From positions 1 to 50,890 of the IMG/VR virus record IMGVR_UViG_3300032260_000007: a DNA stretch of 50,890 nt, one strand, 5' to 3'. The notes under the pieces were generated by a model. It made no database searches, was not told where the DNA came from, and was given only the letters and a program-made list of their open reading frames with translations. The position numbers and the translations under genes were made by a program. Of this stretch, positions 10,004 to 19,933 are shown one piece after another (positions within the stretch are counted from its first letter, which is position 1; each line of letters begins with the position of its first letter). The DNA comes from a virus (Duplodnaviria > Caudoviricetes).

Positions 10004-10479
10004 TGGCTCAAGCTAGATTGATTTATTTTGAGTGGCATCCAGAGCCACTTGATAGGGGCCAAGCTTTAAAACGAGTAGCTAATGAATTACGTAGAACGAA
10101 AGTTCCAATTGCTAATTCAATAGTTAACGTAATGGTCCCATCAATAACAGAGAACTTTAAGAGTCGTGGGCGGCCAGGATGGAAACCACTAGCAGCTAGG
10201 ACAGTTGCGCTTAAAGGTAATGATAGACCACTTGTAGATACCGGTAAACTAATGAAATCTGTTACCGGTATAGATGCTTGGAATATAGATGATGGTGAGG
10301 CATCTTTAACAGGTAAACCACATTACGGTCCACTACACAATACCGGATTCTTTAATGTTAGGTATAAAGTTAACGTGCCTGCTAGGGTTTGGGCTATGTA
10401 TCACGATCAGGATATAGATAATGTGGTAGAGGAATTTGTCGATTGGATGGAGGGAGTGTTTAACCGTGAGTACAACTAA
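10003..10479 (+). CDS. Virion morphogenesis/tail completion protein (Mu gpG-like)
   Basis: ENFKSRGRPGWKPLA, PLVDTGKLMKS, VPAR motifs; start at TAATG 10003. Confidence 0.8.
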   Translation: MAQARLIYFEWHPEPLDRGQALKRVANELRRTKVPIANSIVNVMVPSITENFKSRGRPGWKPLAARTVALKGNDRPLVDTGKLMKSVTGIDAWNIDDGEASLTGKPHYGPLHNTGFFNVRYKVNVPARVWAMYHDQDIDNVVEEFVDWMEGVFNREYN

Positions 10480-10933
10480 AAAGGCATCAGAAGTAGCCAT
10501 CCACATACAGGATCTGATAGATGGTGTTAGAACTGACTACGGTATCGAAGGTGTGTATTACGGAGATATTGCACAGATAGTAGATTCCGTATGTGTTTGT
10601 GTGGAACCAGCAAATAAAATAATCGAAAGAATCAATACCGGTTTACAGTCTAATGTGGAAATGCGGATTGCAATTATTGTTTATGTTTCTAGTGATGATG
10701 GAGCGGAAAATGTCCAATCAAGGGCTGATTCACTTTGTGAAGACCTAGAATCATATATCAATATGAAAGCAGCACCACAGACAAACTTTAACCTAGAGGG
10801 TAACAAACTAGGCGGTCTAATTATAGACGGAATGATAACAGAAGTTAATTATGATTACAGGCTACCAGGGGGACAAATAACTAGGGCGAATCGAATGATA
10901 TTTACTTGCTTATCCAGGGTAGGAGTAGTATAA
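10466..10933 (+). CDS. Probable tail terminator
   Basis: Position; VYYGD and CVEP motifs; GTG start with GGAGG SD. Confidence 0.6.
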   Translation: MSTTKKASEVAIHIQDLIDGVRTDYGIEGVYYGDIAQIVDSVCVCVEPANKIIERINTGLQSNVEMRIAIIVYVSSDDGAENVQSRADSLCEDLESYINMKAAPQTNFNLEGNKLGGLIIDGMITEVNYDYRLPGGQITRANRMIFTCLSRVGVV

Positions 10934-11139
10934 TGGGACAACTAACAGTTAATTTAACTAATGTGGCAAAAGGCAAAAAAGTAGATTTACCAACTCTACG
11001 TAAATACGGTCCATTTAAAGATCCTTTTTTAAATGGTCAAGTATATGAAATTCCTAATATGGACATGGACTTAGTTATTGGTAGTGAACTTGAAGGTCAA
11101 ACAATTGAAAGTACATTCACAGATATAAAGGATGATTAG
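10933..11139 (+). CDS. Small hypothetical protein before the tail tube gene
   Basis: AGGAG SD; TAATG coupling. Confidence 0.6.
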   Translation: MGQLTVNLTNVAKGKKVDLPTLRKYGPFKDPFLNGQVYEIPNMDMDLVIGSELEGQTIESTFTDIKDD

Positions 11140-11141
11140 AT

Positions 11142-12083
11142 ATGCCATTAGGTATCGGTGCTGCTGGTGTCGTTGGTATTGGTTTTGAGGCTTTAGCCAC
11201 ACCAAATACTTATGTAACACCAATCAAATTTATTCCTATTGAGAACGAAAGCCTTAAATACAATCCGACGGATGTAGAACGTAGGCCGCTGCAAGCTAGT
11301 GCAGATATTATTAATATAAAACTTGGTCATGGTTCTGTTGAAGGCGATATCAAGTTTGCTGTATACCATGATGTACTAGCTTACTTTTTGTATGCATCCA
11401 GAGCCAGTATTACTAAGGCTGGTGCTGGTCCTTATACTTATACTGCTGTTGGTTCTCACGGAGCTACTGCTTCATATACATTGTCTATTACTGTTGAGCG
11501 TAATGGTGTTGTATATGCTTACACTGGCTGTGTTGTGGGTAAGACATCGTATGCTCTTGAAAATGGTATTCTTATGTGTACCGCTTCAATTGTTGGGCAA
11601 GGTCAGTCTACACAAGCTTCACCAGTAGAAGCTTATACATCAACTGATAATGAATTTTCTGCTGGCCAATACGCAATTGAATATGATGATGTTGTTGTAA
11701 CAGATGTTGACGAGTTCACAATTACTATCGATGATGCGGCTCAACCATTGCATCGTGTTACGAACACTAGAGATGCCAGTGCTATCGCTTTTGGAGCTAG
11801 GACTGTTGAGATTAGTTTGTCAAGAGATTTTGAAAATAAAGCAGAGTACAATCTTTTCCTGGCAGGCACAGCCCAAAAACTAGAATTTATTGCTACTAAC
11901 GGCACAAACGTACTTACGTTCTTGTCACCAGTTACAAAGATTAGCACTCATGAAGTCCCATTGTCCGGGGCTACTGATCTAGTAAGGGCGTCTATTAATT
12001 ATAAGAGTGTGCATGATGCAGTATTAAGTTCAGCTTATAGTCTTGAAATTACTACAGATGAAGATATAACTGTACCAGTCTAA
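11142..12083 (+). CDS. Major tail (tube) protein
   Basis: 313 aa; GIGAAGVVGIGFE..PNTY.TP.KFIPI..ESL; directly upstream of the tail chaperone. Confidence 0.85.
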   Translation: MPLGIGAAGVVGIGFEALATPNTYVTPIKFIPIENESLKYNPTDVERRPLQASADIINIKLGHGSVEGDIKFAVYHDVLAYFLYASRASITKAGAGPYTYTAVGSHGATASYTLSITVERNGVVYAYTGCVVGKTSYALENGILMCTASIVGQGQSTQASPVEAYTSTDNEFSAGQYAIEYDDVVVTDVDEFTITIDDAAQPLHRVTNTRDASAIAFGARTVEISLSRDFENKAEYNLFLAGTAQKLEFIATNGTNVLTFLSPVTKISTHEVPLSGATDLVRASINYKSVHDAVLSSAYSLEITTDEDITVPV

Positions 12084-12119
12084 AAAGTTTATATATTTTA
12101 AATAAGAAACGGAACTATA

Positions 12120-12518
12120 ATGGTAATTGCTAGCGTAAATACGGACACTCAACGCTTTGAGTTGGAGTCAGTAGAAGGTGGTTGGGTTGAACTTAAGGAA
12201 TTTGGTTATGGTCAATCCCAACGCCGATTCTCTGAACTAACTAATATGAAGGGTAGTTTCGGTGATAATGCTAAGTCTGAAGATAGGTCACTTGAAATTG
12301 GTATGCTTCAGGATAAAGCGGCTGAATTTGATTTTCGGCATTGTATTGTCGACCATAATTTGGAGTATTTAGATTCACAAGGTCAAGTCAGGAAGTTTAA
12401 TTTTAAAGGGAAACACTCACTTGAGAATCTAAAGGCATCCATTGGGGAAGAAATCAGCGGACTTATTGAAAATATAAATATTATTGACACTGAAGGAGCA
12501 GATGGCAAGGGAAACTAG
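12120..12518 (+). CDS. Tail assembly chaperone (gpG-like)
   Basis: IVDHNL motif; ends in GKGN* at a slippery site. Confidence 0.8.
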   Translation: MVIASVNTDTQRFELESVEGGWVELKEFGYGQSQRRFSELTNMKGSFGDNAKSEDRSLEIGMLQDKAAEFDFRHCIVDHNLEYLDSQGQVRKFNFKGKHSLENLKASIGEEISGLIENINIIDTEGADGKGN

Positions 12519-12742
12519 CAGACCGCATACAAAAGGCGGTCCTTTACCAGAATAATAAAACGGATTATGAAGTAACTTTTTTTATAGAGTTATATTACTT
12601 ATGCAAAGAATTCAATTCCTTACCAACATCAGGTGGAGTATTAGATCAGCCAACATCTATTATAAATGGTTTATTACATGTAATGTCTGCCTTAAAAATT
12701 AAGTATGACAGAGATAATCCACCCGAAGGGAATAAAAGGTAA
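12509..12742 (+). CDS. -1 frameshift extension of the tail assembly chaperone (gpGT-like)
   Basis: G GGA AAC heptamer at 12509-12515; -1 frame is open to TAA 12740-12742 and contains CKEFNSLPTSGGVLDQP. Confidence 0.85.
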   Translation, partial: GKLADRIQKAVLYQNNKTDYEVTFFIELYYLCKEFNSLPTSGGVLDQPTSIINGLLHVMSALKIKYDRDNPPEGNKR

Positions 12743-12745
12743 GTA

Positions 12746-15532
12746 ATGGCACTATCAACTAGAGAGTTATTATTAGTTCTAAAAGCTAGAGATGAAATGT
12801 CTGCTATAATAGATAAAAATTCAGCAGCATTACAACGTATGGGAGCCATAGGGGAAACTACATCTAGGGCTATGGCAATAGGTACTGGTTTGGTTGCTAC
12901 TGGTACGGCTCTAAAAAACCTTGGGCGTGTGGCATTAGACTTTGGCCAGGATTCATTAGATGCAGCTAAAATGGCACAATCGGCCCATTCTCTAATTGCC
13001 ACACAAGCACAGAACTTAAATCTAGTTGGTAAAGATATTGCCGCCATGATAGAGCAAGTTGGTCGTGCTAGAGCCGTACCATTAGATGATCTTAGAAGCT
13101 CCCTATTTGAGATCCTTTCTACAGTAGAAACAGATGTACCGGGCGCAATTGAAATCCTTGATGCTTTGGGTATTGCTGGTGTGGCCGCTCAAACAGGATC
13201 GACGGCATTTGCCGGTGCTGGTACTGCATCTCTAAATGCTTTCGGCTTAGAAGCTGGTGATACACTTAGGGTTCTTGATGCAATGTTTAGAGCGGTTGAA
13301 CAAGGCCAAGGTAGTTATGATAACTTCGCCGCTGGTTTCGCTTCAGCTATTCCGTCTGCACAAGCATTTAATCAGACTATGGAAGACACATTTGCGGCTG
13401 TAGCACTTGTTACTAAAGCAACTGGTCTAACTGAAGCCGAAGCTGGTACAGCAGTAGCACGTGCATTTGACCTATTTAAGAAAACAGACATACGTAAAAA
13501 CTTGGCCGAGCTTGGTGTTCAGGTAGTTGATAGCCAAGGCGACTTTAGAAGTATTGTAAGCGTATTGGGAGAGCTACAAGGCGCACTAGGTGGTTTAAGT
13601 CCCGCTGCTAGAGAAGCCGCACTAGAAGATATTTTTGGTGCTAATATTCGAGCCTTTAGGTTCTTGAATCCTACAATTGAAAACTTAGAGCTATTTAACT
13701 CTGTAGTTAAAGAAGTCAATGCTGGCCTTGATGAAGGTAGCGGTATTTTAGGTGCTTATGCAATAGTAAGTAGAGATGCAGCAGCAGCCGAACAACAGTT
13801 CCAAAATAACTTACAACTAGTTAAAGAGCAAGTGGGCGCTGTATTATTGCCGGCTTATGTACAGTTACTAGAGATTGGTAATAGACTTATAGGAATGTGG
13901 GAGGGACTGTCAGAGTCCACACAAGAAACCATTATTAAGTTTGTTATGATTGTATCTACAGTAGCTGTTGTGGTCGGTACCATAATGACATTTGTTGGCG
14001 GCTTGTTACTAGCTAAAGCTATGTTAGCTTTCTTTGGCGTAACTTTAGGTGCTGTTATTGCTACTGCTGGTGTGGCCTTATTAGTGTTTGCCGCAATAGC
14101 AGCAGCAGCATATTTAATATATGCCAATTGGGATACAGTAGGTCCAATATTTCATAGTGTAAAAGATGCAGTTATAGCTTTCGGTCAAGCAGCTTGGTTG
14201 TGGATACGTGAAACAGCCATTCCCGCTCTACAAGAATTTGCCGCCAAGGTTGCTGAAATAGCCGAAATTGTATGGGCATTTGTTACTGGTACTATTGTTC
14301 CATTTGTGGCTGAAGTCATAGCTAAGATCATGGAACTTAAAGACGGAATTTTATCTGCCGTTGATTTTATTCTAGCCAAGTGGGACGAGTTTGTAGCTTG
14401 GTTAAATGAAAATATATTGCCTGGTTTATTGACAGTAATAGAAACAATAAAGATTGAATTTAACTCACTCAAAGAAGCATTCAACCAATCTTCTACAGAA
14501 ATATCTGCTATTTTAACTTGGCTGAAGGATGTCTTTGTATTAGCTTTTGATTTTATACTTATTTACATGCAGTTTGCATGGGAAGGTATTAAATTAATAT
14601 TTAGTATAGGTATGCTAGTTATTACTGATGTATGGGTTATTGCTTGGAATTTTATTAGTGATTATGTTGTTATTATATGGAATCTAATAACCGGTTTGTT
14701 AGATGGTGCCATTAAGATAATTTCAAATATAATTAAATTAGGCTTAGCTCTTATTCGTGGTGATTGGGGTGCGGCTTGGGATGCTATTAAAGGTATAGCC
14801 GCTGGTGCTTGGACAACAATAACAGCCATAATTAGAGCTGGCTGGGAACTGGTAAAACTTACATTCCGTACAGCAATAGCAATAGTTAAAGTTGTATTTA
14901 CTCTCCTATGGGAATCTCTTAAACTTACATTAAGTACAGCCTGGTCAGCAATGAAAGAAAGCACTGCCTCTGGATGGGAGTCTGTTAAAGAGTTCTTCAG
15001 ACTTGGTAAAACATTTATTGAAAACCTATTCAGTAATGCTAGTACACTTCTAAAAAATGCTGGTAGAGATATTATTAGCGGGCTTTGGAATGGAGCTAAA
15101 GAGGTTTGGGAAAGGATGAAGGGTTGGTTAACAGGTATAGGTAATATCATTACCAGTATTAAAGGCCCACCAGAAAAAGATAAAGTGCTACTAGTTAATA
15201 ACGGTAGGCTTATTATGAAGGGATTTCATAAAGGTCTATCTGATGGTTGGAGTGATGTTGAGCGCTACCTTTCAAACTTACCAATAGAACAACAAATGCA
15301 TTTTGGTGTTGCTGCTAGATCCAACGTTAGTATTGACCATATGCTTAGATCAGATGACGATGCCAAGACTGATGGTCTAATAGATGCTATACGTGAACTA
15401 AGCGCTAAGGTATCAGAGATGGAATCTGGCGTTAATGTTGATGGCGATCTATTGCTTACTAAGGTCGGTGGTAAAGGCACTGAAGATGACGATGACGATC
15501 TATGGGATAAAATAGAAAGATCTGGTATGTAA
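12746..15532 (+). CDS. Tape measure protein
   Basis: 928 aa, Ala-rich helical, periodic W/F, hydrophobic mid-segment. Confidence 0.93.
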   Translation: MALSTRELLLVLKARDEMSAIIDKNSAALQRMGAIGETTSRAMAIGTGLVATGTALKNLGRVALDFGQDSLDAAKMAQSAHSLIATQAQNLNLVGKDIAAMIEQVGRARAVPLDDLRSSLFEILSTVETDVPGAIEILDALGIAGVAAQTGSTAFAGAGTASLNAFGLEAGDTLRVLDAMFRAVEQGQGSYDNFAAGFASAIPSAQAFNQTMEDTFAAVALVTKATGLTEAEAGTAVARAFDLFKKTDIRKNLAELGVQVVDSQGDFRSIVSVLGELQGALGGLSPAAREAALEDIFGANIRAFRFLNPTIENLELFNSVVKEVNAGLDEGSGILGAYAIVSRDAAAAEQQFQNNLQLVKEQVGAVLLPAYVQLLEIGNRLIGMWEGLSESTQETIIKFVMIVSTVAVVVGTIMTFVGGLLLAKAMLAFFGVTLGAVIATAGVALLVFAAIAAAAYLIYANWDTVGPIFHSVKDAVIAFGQAAWLWIRETAIPALQEFAAKVAEIAEIVWAFVTGTIVPFVAEVIAKIMELKDGILSAVDFILAKWDEFVAWLNENILPGLLTVIETIKIEFNSLKEAFNQSSTEISAILTWLKDVFVLAFDFILIYMQFAWEGIKLIFSIGMLVITDVWVIAWNFISDYVVIIWNLITGLLDGAIKIISNIIKLGLALIRGDWGAAWDAIKGIAAGAWTTITAIIRAGWELVKLTFRTAIAIVKVVFTLLWESLKLTLSTAWSAMKESTASGWESVKEFFRLGKTFIENLFSNASTLLKNAGRDIISGLWNGAKEVWERMKGWLTGIGNIITSIKGPPEKDKVLLVNNGRLIMKGFHKGLSDGWSDVERYLSNLPIEQQMHFGVAARSNVSIDHMLRSDDDAKTDGLIDAIRELSAKVSEMESGVNVDGDLLLTKVGGKGTEDDDDDLWDKIERSGM

Positions 15533-16347
15533 TGGCTTTAGGAGACCTAGTTGTCGGTCCTTTTGTTTTTGAATTTAATGGCCTAGCTATAGGTGCGGAT
15601 ACAGATTATCTTGTTACAAAAATCAAAAATTTGATAGGCTACACATCAAATTCTTCATCAAGTCCGACCTTTGGTAGGCATGGTTCATCTAGCGAAAGAA
15701 TCTATGCAGAACAAAAAGATGTTATTATAGATGGGGATTTTCTAACATCTGACGATACTGATTATCAAATTAAACGTAGGCAATTAGCGTCGGCTTTTGC
15801 TCCTACTGTAGCACCTATTGATAGGCAATATTTAGTTTATCAATTACCGGATACAGGGTCGACTAAAATTGCTATGTCTTGTGCTGCTGTAGGGTTAATA
15901 CTACCAATAGACCCTATGCACGCTATAGGCCATGCTACATTTAAGATTAAATTAGAGGTTACTGATCCAGTATTATATACACTCACTGAAACATCCACTA
16001 TGTTTACTATGCCGTCAAGTTCTGAAATTATTACTAATAACGGCAATGCAAAAAGTAAATGGTCTGCAACTTTAGTTGGTCCTTGTAGTTCCCCAATTAT
16101 TACAAATGACGATACTGGTCAAAGCATATCATTTTCTAAATTGGATCTAGGTGGTAGTGACACTTTAGTTTATGATTCTGATACAAGTACAGTTAAAGTA
16201 AATGGCTCATCAGTTAGCGGTTTGCTTGACATAGGTTTTGAATGGTTTGATCTTGCTGTTGGGGATAATAATATTAGTTTCTTAGGCCAAGACGCAGGCT
16301 CAGCTTCATTTACAATTACCCACCGAGACGCATTTTGGATACAATAA
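15532..16347 (+). CDS. Distal tail protein (Dit-like)
   Basis: Follows tape measure; FEFNGL, DPVLY, NNGN, WFDLAVGDNNI motifs. Confidence 0.8.
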   Translation: MALGDLVVGPFVFEFNGLAIGADTDYLVTKIKNLIGYTSNSSSSPTFGRHGSSSERIYAEQKDVIIDGDFLTSDDTDYQIKRRQLASAFAPTVAPIDRQYLVYQLPDTGSTKIAMSCAAVGLILPIDPMHAIGHATFKIKLEVTDPVLYTLTETSTMFTMPSSSEIITNNGNAKSKWSATLVGPCSSPIITNDDTGQSISFSKLDLGGSDTLVYDSDTSTVKVNGSSVSGLLDIGFEWFDLAVGDNNISFLGQDAGSASFTITHRDAFWIQ

Positions 16348-16348
16348 T

Positions 16349-17188
16349 ATGGCTACAGCTTACTTAACAACTCGCCCACCTAAAAGCACTCAGTTTCTAA
16401 CAACTAGAAGGGACGAACCCTCTGGTGCAATTGTAATACATACAGCAGAAAATCACACAGACTTAGTTTTACCTGATTCAGGCGCTGAAGGTGTAGCTAG
16501 ATTTATATCTAATAGGTTGAATCCTGGCTGCTACCATTCATGTGCCGATTCTGATTCTTGGATTAAAATTGCCGATTATAACTGGCAGGTATTTGGTGAG
16601 GCTACTGGCGGCAATAAATTTGCCTTACATGCTTCTGTTGCCTGTACATCATCTCAGTGGGGCCAACTTCTAAAATATGATTGGGGCTGGCGTGCAATTG
16701 GAAACCTAGCCCTTGCTATAGAAGATAAAATTGAATTTTTAAAAAATGAACATGGAATTATTGTTCCTATACGTAGAATTAATAGGCAACAATACTATAA
16801 TAGGGAACCTGGATTTATTAGTCATAAAGAAATAGATCCAGCAAGACGGTCTGATCCAGGAAAAGATTTTCCATGGAGCGCACTTTTCAATAGATTAAAT
16901 ACGGGGACAATTAAAAGGATAAAAATAGTGTCTGGTATCAATTACAACGAATATACAAAGCAAATTCAAGACGAGCTTATTAAATTAGGTTTTGATGTCG
17001 GCCCATCTTTGGCTGATGGTAAGCTTGGTAGAGACACACATAACGGTTTTAATGCGTTAGTAGATGCATATAAAAAGTTACGTTATACACCACCGCAACC
17101 ACCACAACCAGTACCAACAATAGTAGATGCAGCCGCTAGAAACTTTATAGATAGTCTTAATAAACTATCCGAATCATTAAATAAATGA
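16349..17188 (+). CDS. Endolysin: N-acetylmuramoyl-L-alanine amidase plus peptidoglycan-binding domain
   Basis: IVIHTAE, CYH, SHKEID..RRSDPG Zn-amidase motifs; IQDELIKLGF...ADGKLGRDT binding motif. Confidence 0.85.
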   Translation: MATAYLTTRPPKSTQFLTTRRDEPSGAIVIHTAENHTDLVLPDSGAEGVARFISNRLNPGCYHSCADSDSWIKIADYNWQVFGEATGGNKFALHASVACTSSQWGQLLKYDWGWRAIGNLALAIEDKIEFLKNEHGIIVPIRRINRQQYYNREPGFISHKEIDPARRSDPGKDFPWSALFNRLNTGTIKRIKIVSGINYNEYTKQIQDELIKLGFDVGPSLADGKLGRDTHNGFNALVDAYKKLRYTPPQPPQPVPTIVDAAARNFIDSLNKLSESLNK

Positions 17189-17754
17189 GCACACAGTTTA
17201 CTCCATCTGATAGTGCATCTCAATTTAAAACTTGGATGCGTAATGTAGAGTCAAGGCTTGAGAATTTAGAAAGTAGAACCTATACTCAACCTGGTGGCTC
17301 TCTTACATTAAAAACTTCCAAGAACGAAACGGTGGTAGAAGTATCGCCTACAGAGGGTTGGATATATCCAAAGCCACAAGTCACTTTTACTTCTGCTAAA
17401 CCACTTACAACAACGTCAGCTACATTTGAAGACTTGTGGAAGGTATGTGCAATAGCCACGGCTAAAATTCTAGTTGTAAAATGTTCTATAACTGCTGGCG
17501 CAACCACAAAGGGTAGAGTCCGACTTAAATTTGGTAATTTTGTTACTGGTGAAATTGGTGCTGATTCTGAAACGAAGTCGGCTTTGTTTGTGTGGGACTT
17601 ACGAGAATTAATCGAATTGAATTTAATAAGCCCATTAGTTGTGCAAGGAATACGTGAAGAAGGTGTAGGAGATATTGAAATTACTGCACCTGACTTCGCA
17701 TATTTTATACATGAAGCCAATGACGCATCTCCCACTGGTATACCATTAGGTTAG
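17185..17754 (+). CDS. Minor tail protein
   Basis: N-terminal coiled coil (VESRLENLESR) followed by a beta-rich domain. Confidence 0.6.
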   Translation: MSTQFTPSDSASQFKTWMRNVESRLENLESRTYTQPGGSLTLKTSKNETVVEVSPTEGWIYPKPQVTFTSAKPLTTTSATFEDLWKVCAIATAKILVVKCSITAGATTKGRVRLKFGNFVTGEIGADSETKSALFVWDLRELIELNLISPLVVQGIREEGVGDIEITAPDFAYFIHEANDASPTGIPLG

Positions 17755-17762
17755 GAAATTAA

Positions 17763-18887
17763 TTGACTGAACTTAGCTCATACACATTTCTTACTACTAA
17801 CCTTTTGACTGGTGAAATTATTTCGGAAGTTGAACTATCATCTTGGCGTTTCAAAGACATATATAATGCTGTCGGTGGAGGTAACGCAACAGCTAGAATA
17901 GATGCGCCCACAACTACAGAGAAAAACTTTCTGGATTGGGGGTCTGCATTGTGGGCAGTTAAAGATGGTGTAATTGTTAACGGAGCTTTAATTGGTAAAA
18001 TACAAAGGCGTGCCAATTCAAGAGTCTTAACAATACCTCTATTAGGATTTATGGAGTATTTCCAACATAGATTCTTACGTAGTAATCAGGGTATGAGTTA
18101 TGCTACACATGTGGATAGACTGATTAAATGGGATAAAGTAGAGCAGTTCTGCGTATTTAGTGATTTAATAAACCATGCTCAATCTTATACAGATGGTAAT
18201 ATTGGTGTAAATGTTACTTGGGATACTGTATCAGATGTTCTTGTAACGTCCAGTAGGTACGATTATACATATAAAAGAGTGGCTGTAGCCATACAAGAAC
18301 TAGTTGAGCGGGAACCTGGTTTCCAGTATAGGTATGTTTATGGTGAATCTGATAACAAGCCAACAGTAAATTTCCATCTGACTTACCCGTCACATCAGCA
18401 ATCTCAAGAAGCATTAATATTTGTACCAGAGGAAACTAGGGTAGAAACTATAAATGTTATTAATGCTTTAGAGGTCGACGGTGTATCTGGTAACTATAGT
18501 GATACAGATAATGCTACATCGATAGTCGGGGATTTTGAAATTATAGCTAAGATTGAGGCTGATGATTATACGCCAGCTTCTATACAAACTATAACCTCTA
18601 AATGGCTTGAAACTGGCGACCAACGCTCATGGAGATTGCAGTTATTAACAGATGGAAAATTGCGGTTTGAGTGGTCGGAAGATGGGATTGCAGTTTTACA
18701 AGAAGATTCTGATTCTGCCATAACAGCTACAGATGGTGAAGAAATAACTGTCAGGGTTACACTAGATGTTTTCGATCCTGGTACATTTTCATATAAAGTT
18801 TCTTTTTTTGAATCTGTAGACCACGGTGTTACATGGACTGCTATAAGTTCAGATCCATTTGAAGAAACATTCTCGGTTCTATTTTAA
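17763..18887 (+). CDS. Tail hub (ReqiPepy6 Gp37-like) N-terminal half plus first part of a LamG-like domain
   Basis: NLLTGEIISE start; HAQSYTDGNIG; then TITSKW...QRSWRLQL..DGKLRFEWS.DG, ending just after DHGVTWT. Confidence 0.7.
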   Translation: MTELSSYTFLTTNLLTGEIISEVELSSWRFKDIYNAVGGGNATARIDAPTTTEKNFLDWGSALWAVKDGVIVNGALIGKIQRRANSRVLTIPLLGFMEYFQHRFLRSNQGMSYATHVDRLIKWDKVEQFCVFSDLINHAQSYTDGNIGVNVTWDTVSDVLVTSSRYDYTYKRVAVAIQELVEREPGFQYRYVYGESDNKPTVNFHLTYPSHQQSQEALIFVPEETRVETINVINALEVDGVSGNYSDTDNATSIVGDFEIIAKIEADDYTPASIQTITSKWLETGDQRSWRLQLLTDGKLRFEWSEDGIAVLQEDSDSAITATDGEEITVRVTLDVFDPGTFSYKVSFFESVDHGVTWTAISSDPFEETFSVLF

Positions 18888-19029
18888 GTTGGGCTGAACT
18901 GCTCCGGTACAAATACCTTACCTAAACTATTGTAGGTATTCATAGGTTGTGCTCTCATTGGTGACGTAAACCCAGTGTTTGTGGATGTAGGTAAATTAGC
19001 CTGCATCATTATACCTATGTAAAGGAGCA
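18846..19029 (+). promoter_or_regulatory. Structured RNA element covering the stop of the hub N-half and the SD of the next gene
   Basis: Six short stems; TGCTCC 18900-18905 pairs with GGAGCA 19024-19029. Confidence 0.45.
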
Positions 19030-19032
19030 ACT

Positions 19033-19920
19033 GTGTCTAGTCATGTATCTGATAAACTTAATTTAAAAGCTCTTAGATGCTTATTTCAATATGACGATGT
19101 ATATTCAGTATACACATGTGGCCGTACTTTTGATTATAATGATGACGATGTTGATGTTTGTACTGGACATGCAAGCCGTTATACAGGTAATCCGCCAGTT
19201 GTAGATGCTGATGGCAATATAATAGGCGATAATATTAAAGTACCATTGCTAACTAGCACTTCGGACGATGATACTGTAGATGGTGACGGTGCAAGAAAAG
19301 TAAAAATAACTGGTCTAGATGGTTTTGGAAACTATAAAGAAGACATTTTTGATCTGATAGGTACTAAGCACGAGCTTGTAAATAGAAGTTTTTTTAGGCG
19401 TGTATTTACTGCTGAAGTTGTAGAGGCTGGTAATGCTGGCGCTAATATTGGTACTATTACAATTGACGCTTGGCGCAATCCTGCTATACTTTACGGTGTA
19501 ATTGAACCTCGTCTAAATGCAATGTTTAATAGTACCTGGACTTGTCCAGAAGGTTATGTTGCGCTTTTGGTTAAGCGTGAGTTGGCCACAATGAATGTAA
19601 TCGGCACACCTAAATACTGGAAAGAATTAGCAACTGTAGTTCGTAGGCGGGCCAAGACTGTATGGGAAGTACACGAACCGACTCTTATTTATGCTAATCA
19701 AGGAATTGTGACGCAAGAGTTTGAATGTTCGCCAGTAGTTTTATATCCAGGTGATGACATAGCTGTTAGGGTACTAAGTAAAAAGGGTGGTGCCATCCAA
19801 TGGAATACAACTGCGAACCAGCAATTAGTTGCTGTTAGAATAGAAAATTTGCCATCACCTGCTGGCATCATCCCACGATTTAAGCCTCCTAAAGAACTTG
19901 AGGCATTATCATCTACTTAG
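19033..19920 (+). CDS. Putative virion structural protein
   Basis: DDT..GDGARKVKITGLD motif seen in phage beta-rich proteins; AAGGAG SD. Confidence 0.6.
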   Translation: MSSHVSDKLNLKALRCLFQYDDVYSVYTCGRTFDYNDDDVDVCTGHASRYTGNPPVVDADGNIIGDNIKVPLLTSTSDDDTVDGDGARKVKITGLDGFGNYKEDIFDLIGTKHELVNRSFFRRVFTAEVVEAGNAGANIGTITIDAWRNPAILYGVIEPRLNAMFNSTWTCPEGYVALLVKRELATMNVIGTPKYWKELATVVRRRAKTVWEVHEPTLIYANQGIVTQEFECSPVVLYPGDDIAVRVLSKKGGAIQWNTTANQQLVAVRIENLPSPAGIIPRFKPPKELEALSST

Positions 19921-19933
19921 AATAGGAAATTTT

